This document shows, in pieces, positions 13,563 to 26,987 of a stretch of DNA of 64,000 nucleotides. This stretch comes from Octopus vulgaris. Its lineage: Eukaryota. A model generated the notes under the pieces. It saw only the letters and a program-made list of their open reading frames with translations. It was not told the DNA's origin and made no database searches. The DNA is taken from assembly GCA_951406725.2 (NCBI GenBank), contig OX597835.1:12524001-12588000 (forward strand). The letters run 5' to 3'. Both the position numbers and the translations under genes were made by a program. The first letter of the stretch is position 1. Every line of letters begins with the position of its first letter.

Positions 13563-14410
13563 AAGAGACTACAAACAAATGAGACTACTAACAAATGCGA
13601 AGCTTTGCAAAACAACCACGAAACTAACGGTTGAAAAATGTGGACGCCCAAACTGTGGAACCTGCCCCAATCTGCTTGAAGGCTCGGATTTCCTTTTCAA
13701 ATAAGGACAGAGGTTCACAATTAAAACTAGTTTCACTTGTGGCTCTGAGAACCTAATTTATGTAATAACCTGCTCGGGTTGCGGATACAACTATATTGGA
13801 CAGACGGGTAAGACTTTGAGAAAGAGAACCACTCTACATGAAGAGCAAATCCGTTTCCCGCAATACAGGCAAATTCCTCTTAGTGAACATATAGAAAAAT
13901 GTGCAGATAGCATCAAACCAAATTTCACAGTCTTCCCCTTCTATCAGTGCAAATACACAATCTCTCCACAAGAACGTTTAAATAAAGAAACTTTTTTCAT
14001 TGAAAAATACAGAACTCGTCTTAATATGCACACATAACCAACTTTCTACATATTTCAATTCACGATTACATCACTGTACATAAATCCTCTCACTAAGCAA
14101 GTTTTTCGAAACCTGTTTTTGTCTCTACATATATATTCCCCTCCCATTACCAAAAGCTGAACAGTTATCTCCCTTACCCACAGTAAATAACAATAATAAC
14201 GATAACTAATTACCTCCCATTATTTTTCAACTTATGAAGTCATTCACTCGTAAATATCGCCGCACACAACATGGACATAATTTCTTCATAAGAAAATACA
14301 TATACAAATAAGTAAAACATAATATCATGAATAGCGATAGCGAAACCGGTCGATATATTAAAAATTATATTAAAACTATGTAAAGAGTGAGTATTTTCCT
14401 TTTTAAATTT

Positions 14411-14412
<2 letters not shown>
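13563..14412 (+). mobile_element. 5'-truncated Penelope-like element (Neptune-type): Cys linker, GIY-YIG endonuclease remnant and terminal repeat with hammerhead
   Basis: Translates as VEKCGRPNCGTC...K*...NLIYVITCSGCGYNYIGQTGKTLRKRTTLHEEQIR...LSEHIEKC...ERLNKETFFIEKYRTRLN, a GIY-YIG pattern with one in-frame stop. A near-identical copy is at 22552. Confidence 0.9.
14322..14356 (+). ncRNA. Minimal type I hammerhead ribozyme motif with A3-U8 core variant
   Basis: atatc-ATGAATA-gc gata gc-GAAA-ccgg-TC-gatat: 5-bp stem I, 2-bp stem II, palindromic stem III ACCGGT and GUC triplet, in the PLE terminal repeat. Confidence 0.7.
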
Positions 14413-14449
<37 letters not shown>

Positions 14450-14574
14450 GCTCGACTAAAGGCGGTGCTCCAGCATGGCCACAGTCAAATGACTGAAACA
14501 AGTAAAAGAGTAAGTTAGATCAGTGAGAAAAAAAAAAAAACCCAGATCGAAACAAAACGAAACATGGCTGGCTG

Positions 14575-14773
14575 TTACATTATTTCTTGGACAGGCGATC
14601 GCTGCCAGTAGAACGTGATCAATTTTGTTATATCATTAAGCGTCAATATTTTATTGGTAAAATTCGTGCAGACATTTTCACGGTCGATTGACGTTGCGTT
14701 TCTCGCTGCCGTATTGGCTCCTACAAATGCACTTTCAGGTGAAACTACTTTCTGACACATGAAAATAAATTTC
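14575..14773 (-). CDS. Weak candidate alternative terminal exon (KFIFMCQK...SPVQEIM*)
   Basis: Unique-sequence island after CTTCAG|G on the minus strand. Only the phase-2 frame is open (65 aa). The polypyrimidine tract is weak. Confidence 0.2.
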
Positions 14774-14805
14774 CTGAAGTTCGACAGCCACAACAGAAAC
14801 AACAA

Positions 14806-14852
<47 letters not shown>

Positions 14853-15010
14853 CCATCATCATCATCACTATCATCATCATTATCATCATCACCATCATCA
14901 TCATTGTCATCACCATCATCGTCATCACCATCATCACCACCACCACCATCACAATCATCATCACCACCACCACCACCACCACCACCACCACCACCACCAC
15001 CACCACCACC

Positions 15011-15044
<34 letters not shown>

Positions 15045-15163
15045 TCATCATTATCATCATCACCATCATCATCATCGTCATCACCACCACCATCACCACC
15101 AGCACCACCCGCACCAGCACCACCAGCACCACCAGCACCACCAGCACCACCAGCACCATCACC

Positions 15164-15197
<34 letters not shown>

Positions 15198-16178
15198 TCA
15201 TCATATTAAACCACCCCAACAACAAAGAATGATGACAAACGTGACTGAATGGTTAGAGTCCAGAGGTAAGAGACGTCAAAAGACGGAATGGTTTTGAGCA
15301 GTTTTTGGAAATAAATGCTTAAATCTTTGAAGAGAAGGAAGAAGCACCATTCGCAGACTGGTAGACTGGTGAGTTAAACTGTGCTCCACAATGGTTAGAG
15401 GAACATAAAGATGAAGGAGGAAGATTAGCCAAGGATGCTGCCCGAGGGGAAAGAGATAAAGGACACTCGCAGACCGAGGAAAGTGGTGATGGTGGTGGCG
15501 GCGGCGGTGGTGGTGATGGTGGTGGTCTGCGTCGGTAAAGCAATTATACAACAGGATTTGTGAGTTGAAATAAGTGATTTCGTAGAATTTTGACGTTTCG
15601 AAGTTGTTCTTTCATCTGTAAAAAAGGTTTCCTCATCTCTCTCTCTGTTTTTCTTTCTATGTCTTTTCCTTTCTTTCTTTCTTTCTTTCTTTCTTTCTGT
15701 CTTTTTTTCTCTCTCTCTCTTCCTCCCTCTCTCTCTGTCGTAGTCGATGGGTCAATTCCTGAAACGTCAGTCTTCTGTAGTCTCTTCTCTCCAAGAAATT
15801 TAAAATTACTCGAATGTAGGAACCCTGTGAAGAAAATATTTCTTCTCCATTAAATAACTAAGCACACCTACCGCCCTAATTATTGCAGCACTTCCCTTCT
15901 CCTCTTCTCATCGCTCCCTCTCTACCCCTCGCTTTCTAAACTGACACCCACCACCCAATTATTACACCTTTCCTCGTTCTGTCACTATTACTATACCCCA
16001 CTTACTTGGAGAAGATTCTCTGGGATAAAATATCATAACTAAAACCATTCTACATTTAGGACAAACATCATAAATGTTACATACTCTGTTGTTTTAATCT
16101 CAAGCTGTTTCAAGTACTATTTTAGTACTTGAAACAGCTTAGCTAACCTTCGCACAAATCAGTAAATGTCTGAGGCAT

Positions 16179-16224
16179 TCATCACTGAGGGGATCAAATC
16201 AGGTCGAAACGATGTGTCTGGTGA
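16179..16224 (+). ncRNA. Type I hammerhead motif with A9G substitution
   Basis: tcatca-CTGAGGG-gatc aaatca ggtc-GAAAC-gatgt-GTC-tggtga: 6-bp stem I and 4-bp stem II. Confidence 0.6.
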
Positions 16225-16656
16225 TCCGCCGGTACTCTGTGAAAAGGGATGTCACCGGCACTCTGAGCTAGTGCCACACTATATTTGTATATTTACATTC
16301 AGTGACGTCCTAAAGCATCGGCTCACTTGGAAGTTGCGCGGGAGCGTCACGTGTTTAGGGGTTCAATTCTGATCTATGTATATTGAGGTTTGCTGTCAAT
16401 AAGTAAACACTATAAAGCTCAGGGCATTGATTTGCCCCTCAGGGACCTATAATGTTGCTAAGATGGTCCTGTATATATTATAAATGTACATATCGGTATT
16501 TTAAACTAAAGATGTTTCATGTGCAAATATTAATTTAATTCATGTCTTTCTTATCTTTAAGCAACAAGTAATGTCACTCATGACTCGCTGGTGTATTTTT
16601 TCGAACACTGTTTATAAGGGAAATTTCTCCCCTGTGATAGTTCCCGCTGCGATAGT

Positions 16657-17039
16657 GGAGGCGCAATGGCCCAGTGGTTAGGGCAGCGGACTCGCGGTCA
16701 TAGGATCGCGGTTTCGATTCCCAGACCAGGCGTTGTGAGTGTTTATTGAGCGAAAACACCTAAAGCTCCACGAGGCTCCGACAGGGGATGGTGGTGATCC
16801 CGGCTGTACTCTTTCACCACAACTTTCTCTCACTCTTACTTCCTGTTTTTGTTGTATCTGTATTTCAAAGGGCCGGCCTGGTCACTCCCTGTGTCACGCT
16901 GAATATCCCCGAGAACTACGTTAAGGGTACACGTGTCTGTGGAGTGCTCAGCCACTTACACGTTAATTTCACGAGCAGGCTGTTCCGTTGATTCGGATCA
17001 ACCGGAACCCTCGTCGTCGTAACCGACGGAGTGCTTCCC
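16657..17039 (+). mobile_element. tRNA-derived SINE (head type 2 + tail X) with an 18-bp target-site duplication
   Basis: Head GGAGGCGCAATGGCCCAGTGGTTAGGGC...GGTTTCGATTCCC. TSD AGTTCCCGCTGCGATAGT (16639..16656) / AGTTCCTGCTGCGAAAGT (17040..17057). Confidence 0.9.
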
Positions 17040-18164
17040 AGTTCCTGCTGCGAAAGTCTTTCCAAATTTGAGTGTACATAAGCGTGTTAAATATAACTGT
17101 TCACATAATTCATTCAGTGCAGCTTAGTGAGCCGCTAATTAATAAATTCCAGCTTGACAAAGCTTTGCATACACCAGCAAGTTTATTATTTGCTGTTTAC
17201 ATATAATATCGACAGCTCTTAGTGATGAACGATGAACTTGGTAGACAACAAAGAAACTAGTCTTATAATCCAATAACGTCATTTATAGCTCAGCTCGGTG
17301 TATTTTCACGTACGTTGTCTAGAAAAAGTTTCTTGCCCGAAGCAGTTTCTATAGCAAAGATCTTCCCACGTTTGAGTGTACACTGGCGTATTAAATGTAA
17401 TTGTACACGTCTATATTCTAATCATTACCCATAGTGATTTGATCAAACACTATAACCCAGCATCGTAAATTTCTAAAACTGTCAGAACATTATTTCTTTA
17501 AACAATGACAGAGAATGTTAAATAAAAGATAAAAAAAGAAAGAAATGTAAGTGGGAACCGAACGAAGAGACGGTGCACAGAGAAGCAGTGAAAAATAAAC
17601 TGAAATTTAGAAATAATTGAACAAACGTACAGCCATGATTCAATGAAGTCATTCATATTTGATAGTTTTTGACGAGAGTCAAACAGATATTGAGGTTATT
17701 GATAAAAATATAAGAATTATGCTATCTCTTTATGTAATATCTGTTATCTAAAATTACACACACACACACGCAGAGGCTTTTACACGAGGCGACTTAAAAT
17801 AGAAAACGATATGGGTAATAAGTCATAATACTTTTATGTATATGGACATAATACATATATATATATATACATACATATATTAATATATATATATATATGT
17901 ATATATACGCAAATATAAACTCACCTATGCACAGATACATACGTACATACATAGACACTTATACACCCAGCCACTGGAAATAGAAAATGATATTAATAAT
18001 AAGTTGTTATACGTATATATGTATGTTAATATCTACATACATAGAAACATACGCATATATACTCATACATACATACGTGCATACATATGTACACACACAT
18101 ATATACATACACTTACACATATAGTTACTAGAAATAGACAATGACATTGAAAATAAGATAATAC

Positions 18165-18207
<43 letters not shown>

Positions 18208-18304
18208 TATATATATATACATACGCAATACATATATAAATACATATATACAAACACATACACATACAAACATACATACATGCATACATACATACATACA
18301 TACA

Positions 18305-18340
<36 letters not shown>

Positions 18341-18501
18341 TACACAGATTTATATACACGCACATACGTGCATACACACATATATATACACACATTTATA
18401 CATACACGCGCACACACACACACATATATATACTTATACAAATACATACAAATACACACGCACATATGTTTCATATATATATATATCTGTCCATCTATAT
18501 A

Positions 18502-18585
<84 letters not shown>

Positions 18586-19155
18586 ATTATATATATGTAT
18601 ATATAATTATATATATATATATAATTATATACATATATATATGCGTTCTGTATATGATATATATTATTTGAATACATAAAATATTTATGTAACCTACACA
18701 CAAACACACACAGCCACCCGCAAACACCCCCCCACACACACACACAGTCATATATTTATATAGATGTAAAGACTTGAGTTATAGTTCCGTTTTAATGATC
18801 ATAGTTTCATATTTTTTTTTTATCAAAGGCCAAACTAACTTTGATTAAAATCATAAGCATTCAAACGGAAATATAATTCTGTAAGACAGTTTTTTAATAA
18901 CTTATTTAATTCCACTTCCTCATAGACTGGCTACACGATTCGTGAGTGAAAACCATATTTAAATGAACCGGTACACCTATACGCACATGCATACATACAT
19001 AAATACATACGTACATATATGTACGTAGATACATACGTATATACATACGTGCGCAGGAAAGGTAGTGCCACATCTCATCCAAAAGCTTTTGCCCATGCGC
19101 CATAAGTTTTAGCGGGAAAAATAAAGTCGGATAATTTTCGAACGCGCCGCTTATA

Positions 19156-19232
<77 letters not shown>

Positions 19233-19289
19233 GTCTGTCTGTCTGTCAGCCTGTCTGTCTATCTATATAGCTGTCTATCTATCTACCTA

Positions 19290-19333
<44 letters not shown>

Positions 19334-19363
19334 TCTATGTATGTATGTATGTATGTATGTCTG

Positions 19364-19403
<40 letters not shown>

Positions 19404-19460
19404 CTTACTTACCTACCTACCTACCTACCTACCTACCTACCTACCTACCTACCTATCTAC

Positions 19461-19515
<55 letters not shown>

Positions 19516-20740
19516 ACTGTTCGTCTGTCTGTGTCTTTCAATCTCTATGTATGTATGTATGTATGTATGTATGTATGTATGTATGTATGTATGCCCGCGC
19601 GTGTGTGTGCGTGCGTGTGTATGTGTGCGTTTATTGCTATATACATGTATGTGTGCATATACACACACACACACGTACGTAACTGAAGAATCTGTTAGCT
19701 GCCACGCAATGAGTAATGGTGTTATGTCGTCAATGTTTCTGCTTCTGCCGTCATCACTAGGAAGTGTTAAACAGTCGGAATAATTACAATTTCAAATTTC
19801 ATGGTATTTATACAGAACAATGAAATGAAATCTATAGGAACACTGGATCAGGCTGTATCTCCTGGCATCTGCCAAGTTTGCCCTTGTCCTAAAACAGCAT
19901 TAAACTTTAGGTATGTTAGCTATTGGCGTTTGAAGTAGCTTTCGTAACGAATAGTAATTAGTATATCCAACCTAACTTGGAAGTGTAGAGTAGAACGCCT
20001 TAGACTGCGGTAAACGTTCCGAGAAATCATTTCGCTTCAACCAAGTGGTTGTCAACCATTTCTTTTTTACCAATAGACCCCTATACCAGGGTGGAGCCCT
20101 AGCCAGATGATGTTTAAGAAAATACCTTTATATTTTTTAGAATTTTTTAGAATTAAATATTAGGAATTACATTAATAATAGTCATCCCTCTTATATGTAC
20201 GTAATATAATTTTTCTGAATCTTCAGATTTTTCTATATGCTAGGCCACTGGTTTTAAATTGATATTAATCAAATTAATATTCAATTTTTCACCTTTATTA
20301 TTTTAAATATATATATGAGTGTGTGTCTGTATATATATATACACGCACACATATACACACATATGTGTGTGTTTGTGTATGCATGTGTATATATATACAT
20401 ATATTTACCCCCCCCCACATATTTACATATAATATATATATATACATGCATACATACATTAATATATGTATATGTATGTATAGATACATATATTTATGTA
20501 TATATGTATATATGTATGTATATATGTGTGTAAATATGCGGGGTGCGTGTGTTTAGAAACATGTATAAATGCATATATATATATATACACACAGAGATAT
20601 ATATGCACACGTACACACGCACACACACAAATACACATATACATACACACACATCTATACATACATATTTACTATCTATCTATGCGGTTTCGAACAATGA
20701 AAATTAATACCTCAACCCACAAAAATGTACACACACACAC

Positions 20741-20863
<123 letters not shown>

Positions 20864-21350
20864 ATCTTCTTATTCCACTCCATCTTCCGTTACTTGTCAA
20901 CTTAAAAGATTGTCAGCTCTGATTTCTTCCAAGTTGTTATTTCAATTAATTAGCAACACATCTACGTCATAACCGTAATTGCACTCCCCACCCACTTGAC
21001 ACCCACACACCCACACTCTCTCTCTCTCTCCCTATTTATTTCTTCCTCTCTTTCTCTCCCCTTCAGCATTTGTCCCTCTCACGACATTGCCCTCACCATA
21101 GATTTAGTCGCTCTATGCATATATCCCCCCACTCCTTTACCCCCCACCCTCGCTCACTCTCTTTCTCTGTTTCATTCTCCACCTTTACCTGCAAACATAC
21201 CTGCACATATACATATATACATATATGCATACGTATGTGCATACGCACGCACACATGTACATATGTATGTGTGCATATATGTATGTATGTATGTATGTAT
21301 GTATCTACCTATCTATATATCTCTCTATCAATCTATCTCTCTGTCTATCA

Positions 21351-21563
<213 letters not shown>

Positions 21564-21567
21564 CCAA

Positions 21568-21612
<45 letters not shown>

Positions 21613-21802
21613 CTATCTGTCTATCTGTCTGTCTATCAATCTCTCTCTCTCTCTCTCTCTATCTACTTATGTATGTATGTATGCATGCATGCATGCATGT
21701 ATGTATGTATGTATGTATGTATGTATGTATGTATGTATGTATGTATGTATGTATTATGTATGTATGTATCTATGTATGTATGTATGTATGTATGTATGTA
21801 TG

Positions 21803-21855
<53 letters not shown>

Positions 21856-22551
21856 GCCTCTCTCTTTGTCTCCTCTGTGTTCATCCCTGTGTGGCCAATA
21901 AAGAAAGTTATCTGTCTCCCTCTCTCTCTCCCCTCTCTCTCTCTCTATTTATGGATACATGCACATATACACATACACACGTACACGCACTACGCATACA
22001 ACACACACACATACATACACATGCGTATATATGTATATATATTCTCACCCCCCATTTCTTTTATTGATCTTTACACATTTAACTCCATCGATGATACTTC
22101 TATCTTGAATGCTCTCATTAACCTGCATTTCCAAAACCCGTTTTCAACTGCGCATGCGCATGTGCATGTAGGTATATGCGCCTGCCTATGCATGCATCCG
22201 TGTAGTTGTGAGCGTATGTGCGTGTGCGTGTTAGTGTGTGTGTGTATTTGTGCGTGTATGTGTGTGTATATGTATGTGTGTGTGTGTGTTATTGTGGAAG
22301 GGAGAATATTCAGTTACACCCTATAAACTAAACTTGTAAACCAATGAAGTGAAGGCGCATTGCTCAGTGGTTAGAGTGTCAAGTTCACAATCACGAGGTC
22401 GCGAGTTCGATTCCCGGACAGGGCTGTGTGTTGTGTTTTTGAGCAAGACACTTTATTTCAATGTGGCTCCAGTTCACTCAGCTGTAGAAATGAGTTGCGA
22501 CGTCACAGGTGCCAGGCTATATTGACCTTTGCCTTTCTCATGGACAACATT

Positions 22552-23333
22552 GGTTGAAAAATGTGGACGCCCAAACTGTGGAACTTGCTCTAACCTGCTT
22601 GAAGGCTCGGATTTCCTTTTCAAACAAGGACAGAGGTTCATAATTAAAACTAGTTTCATCTGTGCCTCTGAGAACCTAATTTATGTAATAACCTGCTCGG
22701 GTTGCGCACACCACTATATTGGACAAACGAGTATGACCTTGAGAAAGAGAACCACTCTACATGAAGAGCAAATCCGTTTCCCGCAATACAGACAAATTCC
22801 TCTCAGTGAACATATAGAAAATGTGCATCAAACCAAATTTCAAAGTCTTCCCTTTCTACCAGCGCAAAGACGCAATCTCTCGACTAGAACGTTTAAATAA
22901 AGAAACTTTTTTCATTGAAAAATACAAAACACATCTTAATATGCACGCATAAGCAACTTTTATCTTTTTACATATTTCAATTCACGATTACATCACTGTA
23001 CATAAATCCCGTACTAAACAAGGTTTTTGACACTTGACTCTATCTGTACACATATATAATCTGCACCCATTACCGAAAGCTGAACAGTTATCTCCCTTAC
23101 CCACAACAATACCAATAACAACGACAACCAATTACCTCCCTTTATTTATCTACTTGTGAAGTCATTCACTCGTGAATTTCATCACACACAACATGGACCA
23201 AATTTCTTCTTAAGAAAAAATATATATTCAAAAAAGTAAAGCATAATATCATGAATAATGATAGCGAAACCTATCGATATATTAAAAATTATATTAAAAC
23301 TATGTAAGTGTGCGTATTTTCCTTTTTTAATTT

Positions 23334-23336
<3 letters not shown>
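22552..23336 (+). mobile_element. Second 5'-truncated copy of the same Penelope-like element (GIY-YIG remnant, frameshifted)
   Basis: ORF 22529..22900 reads KCGRPNCGTC...LIYVITCSGCAHHYIGQTSMTLRKR. Colinear with 13630..14412 through the 3' region. Confidence 0.9.
23246..23280 (+). ncRNA. Decayed copy of the A3-U8 hammerhead motif
   Basis: atatc-ATGAATA-at gata gc-GAAA-ccta-TC-gatat. Same core and stem I; stems II and III are mutated. Confidence 0.5.
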
Positions 23337-23370
<34 letters not shown>

Positions 23371-24267
23371 GTATGTATTTTTACATACATACGTGTATAC
23401 GTGTATGTGTGTAGATATATATATCCTAGGAGGGGAACTTTCTAGGTGCAATCCCAAGATCAGTCATGACTGAAGGGGATCTTTAAACCAACGAAAGATT
23501 TGCTGAGTAAATAAAAGTCATTGATTGGACAGTTCCGAGGTTTTGAGTTCAAATCACAGAAACATAACGTTGGCGTTACATACAAACATACATACATACA
23601 CACATGCATACAGTTTTACAATTTCTTGAGGAGGTTTAATAAGACTGAACATGCTCCTATTGTCCATCATATCCAAGACCAGACCGACTCCCCACTGTAT
23701 GTATTGTCACCATAATTCCAATACCAGACACCTCATTAGATAGCTCACATTACATATCTTTTTAATTAATTTATATTTTGAGGTTGTTTACTTCTTTCAT
23801 TTTTGACCATAATGGATAATTAAACTAATGTTTCTTTCTGTTCACTACATGTGTAATATTAATTAAAATTCCTTGTTTAACTCAGGTTATAATGTCTGAT
23901 ATTATTTTATATTGAAAAAATTCTAGCGATTAATTAATTCCTTGCTGCTTTTATGATTTTGTACAAAAGAAAAAAAATAAATAAAAAGACTTATTTTGAA
24001 GAATTTTGAAGTTTGGTGTCTGGGGATTTAAAAGTTTGAGCTTGTTTAAACTAAGAACGGTGGATTGTCAGAATTGTTAGAGCGTTCGAACAAAATGTTT
24101 TACAGTATCTAGTTATATATATATTTAATTTCTGAGTTCAAATCACACTAAGATAAATTTCGCCCTTATTCTTCTAAGGTGGATCAAATAAATTTGCATA
24201 GATAGATACATACACAAATACACAGATACATACATACATACATACATATATATACATATACATATAC

Positions 24268-24338
<71 letters not shown>

Positions 24339-24463
24339 ACTTATAAACTTGTTTATAAGTTGTTTATAAATTTAACCTTTAAAGGTATTTTTTTTTAATA
24401 TGCTGGCCATTGATAGAATTTTTTCGAAAAATTTTATATTATATATATATATATATATAAATA

Positions 24464-24695
24464 TAGGATGTTCAAGAAGTCTCTCCGCAGTAAGTATTTT
24501 ATTGCAAAATAAATATTTATAAGATGGTATCAGATTACAAAAGAATATATTAGATTTTACAAGACTTTAAAAAAACTTTATAAGAGGTGTTGAAAATGTC
24601 GTCCTTCATTTTGCAATGCATAAGTTGACTCTTCAACGCATGCAATACATCTTGGGTAACAAAATTCACTGCGGAGAGACTTTTTGAACACCCTG
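24464..24695 (-). mobile_element. Tc1/mariner-derived MITE with ~28-bp TIRs and TA TSD
   Basis: TA|TAGGATGTTCAAGAAGTCTCTCCGCAGT ... ACTGCGGAGAGACTTTTTGAACACCCTG|TA. The minus strand contains NEGRHFQHLL*, resembling a Tc1-like transposase C-terminus. Confidence 0.8.
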
Positions 24696-24909
24696 TATTT
24701 GAAAGAACGAGCAGAGATGGCCGTTTTGAGGGTATGATTTTTATTTTAATCTTAACAATAGTATTTACAGTAAGTAATCCCCTCAAAAAAGCCATCTCTA
24801 CTCATTCTTTCAAACATATATAATACTATAGCAAGAACTTCTTTCTAGTTATCATTGCACTATATATATATATATATATATATATGTTTATATTTATATG
24901 CATACACAC

Positions 24910-24991
24910 ACATTATTTACATTTGACGGATATTTGTCCTCATCTTGCTTGTTGTTAACAAGGACAAATATCCGTCAAATGTAAATAATGT
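24910..24991. repeat. Perfect 31-bp inverted repeat with a 20-nt loop
   Basis: ACATTATTTACATTTGACGGATATTTGTCCT / AGGACAAATATCCGTCAAATGTAAATAATGT. Confidence 0.95.
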
Positions 24992-25033
24992 AAATAATGT
25001 ACATAATTCCTCATCTCTTGAATATAGAACTGC

Positions 25034-25068
<35 letters not shown>

Positions 25069-25272
25069 TGTATGTATGTATGTATGTATGTATGTATGTA
25101 TGTATGTATGTATGTATGTATGTATGTATGTATGTATGTATGTATGTATGTATGTACATGCATGCATGTATGTATGTATGTATGTATGTATGTATGTATG
25201 TATGTATGTATGCATGCATGTATGTATGTATGTATGTATGTATGTATGTATGTATGTATGTATGTATGTATG

Positions 25273-25303
<31 letters not shown>

Positions 25304-25537
25304 GTATGTATGTATGTACGTACGTACGTACGTATGTATGTATGTATGTATGTATGTATGTATGTATGTATGTATGTATGTATGTATGTATGTATGTATG
25401 TATGTATGTATGTATGTATGTATGTATGTATCAAATATATTTGCTAACTAAATATGGTGAAAATACCAATATTACAGCTTTAAATGCGATCACAAACAAC
25501 GACAATAATAATAATAATAATTATTATTATTATTATT

Positions 25538-25587
<50 letters not shown>

Positions 25588-25674
25588 AATCCTTTCTGGT
25601 ATAGGTACAAGGTCTGAAATTTTGGGGAGGGAAGTAGTCGATTACATTGACCCCACAGTTTCACTGGTACTTCC

Positions 25675-25965
25675 AAACAGAAAATTGGCAGAGCATTTCA
25701 AAAACAAACGTCCTGAAGGTATCGAGAAGCTACTTGGGCATGTCAAACAACTGAAGAAGAGAGTTCAAATTCACTTATTACAGTATCAGTCAGAAACCAG
25801 CAAAAATGAGCACGAAATCGAAGTTTGTAAAGAACTTATTATTTTAATCGCAAATGAATCTCGACCGCAAACTTAAGTTTGTATAGAGTTATTGATGTCA
25901 GCCATTGGACCATATCTGTGGATAATGTAAAAGAAGAAAAAGAACAGAGGCAAGTCCTGGGCATA
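25675..25965 (+). pseudogene. Possible highly decayed mariner transposase fragment
   Basis: RKLAEHFK...LGHVKQLKK...SETSKN..IEVCK and LYRVI...DNVK loosely follow the mariner HTH-to-catalytic linker. The WVPHEL motif is not intact. Confidence 0.35.
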
Positions 25966-26120
25966 GAAAACGGTTTATAGAGGTTACTAAATGTGAGGGT
26001 TACTGGTAGAGGGTTACTGGTATAGAAAGTACTGGGTATAGAGGGCACTCGGAGTAGAGGGTTACTGGTATAGAAAGTACTGGGTATAGAGGGCCCTCGG
26101 ATAAGAGGGTTGGGTATTGA

Positions 26121-26600
26121 TGGCTGTGTGGTTAAGAAGATCGATTTGCAGCCTCGTGGGTTCGAGTCCAGTACCACTGCGCGGCATCGTGGGTAAATGT
26201 CTTCTACTATGGCCCAGAGCCGACCAATGCCTTGTAAGGGAATGTCACTGAAGGAAACTGTGTGGAAGCCCGTTTGACATACATGCACACGTACATTATG
26301 TATGTATGTATGTGTGTGTGTGTGTGTGATTGTGTGCAAGTGTGTATGTGTGTGTGTGAGTGTATGTGTGTGTGTGTGTGTGTGTGCGCGAGTACGTGTG
26401 TGTTTGTCCTCACCGCTTTTCGACCGTTTTTTTTGTTTACGTCCCCGTAACTCAGCGGTTCGGCAAAAGAGGACCAACGGAATAAGTACCAGATTTAAAG
26501 AAATGAGTCCTGGAGTCGATTTGTTAGACTCAGACCCATGAAGGCGATGCCCCAGCTTGGCCGCAGTCCAGAGACTGTCACAAATAAAAGGTAAACGATT
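26121..26600 (+). mobile_element. SINE family A, diverged
   Basis: Head, internal TG tract and tail are recognisable. Confidence 0.8.
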
Positions 26601-26987
26601 AAGAATAAAGGAGGATCTGTGTGTAATGTCCTGAGTACAGAGAAGAGTGCCAAGTCTTTATTCTCCCTAATATTGTCGTCGTTCGCACCATTCTGGGATT
26701 CGTCTCACCATTATCGCTAGAATTTCCGTTGTCGTGCCTGGTTTGTCTTCGGTCAACACTCTCCCAACACCGCCCTACAAACTAATCTCAGCGTCTCCAG
26801 ACCATGGCTAACACCGTCACCAGAGTCTTCCATCGAGGACAGACTTAAACAACATCTAAATGAAAACTATAACTGTTTAATTAGAAAGCCAGACTTAATT
26901 AGTTAATTTGGAGATTTAATGAATTGAAATGTGGAAACAGGTTTTGTGGTGTTCCTCGGAGGTTTAAAGGACAGATGAGCCAGTCAT

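Noticed and set aside
15588-15775. Two opposed GAAACGTC motifs flanking a CT tract
   Set aside because: They suggest decayed PLE hammerheads, but the cores (CAGATGA and GTCGATG) and stems are too damaged to call.
16657-16735. tRNA genes at SINE heads (also 1892, 22352, 41325, 45510)
   Set aside because: A and B boxes are present, but there is no clean acceptor stem or poly-T terminator; the sequences continue into repeat bodies and one has a TSD.
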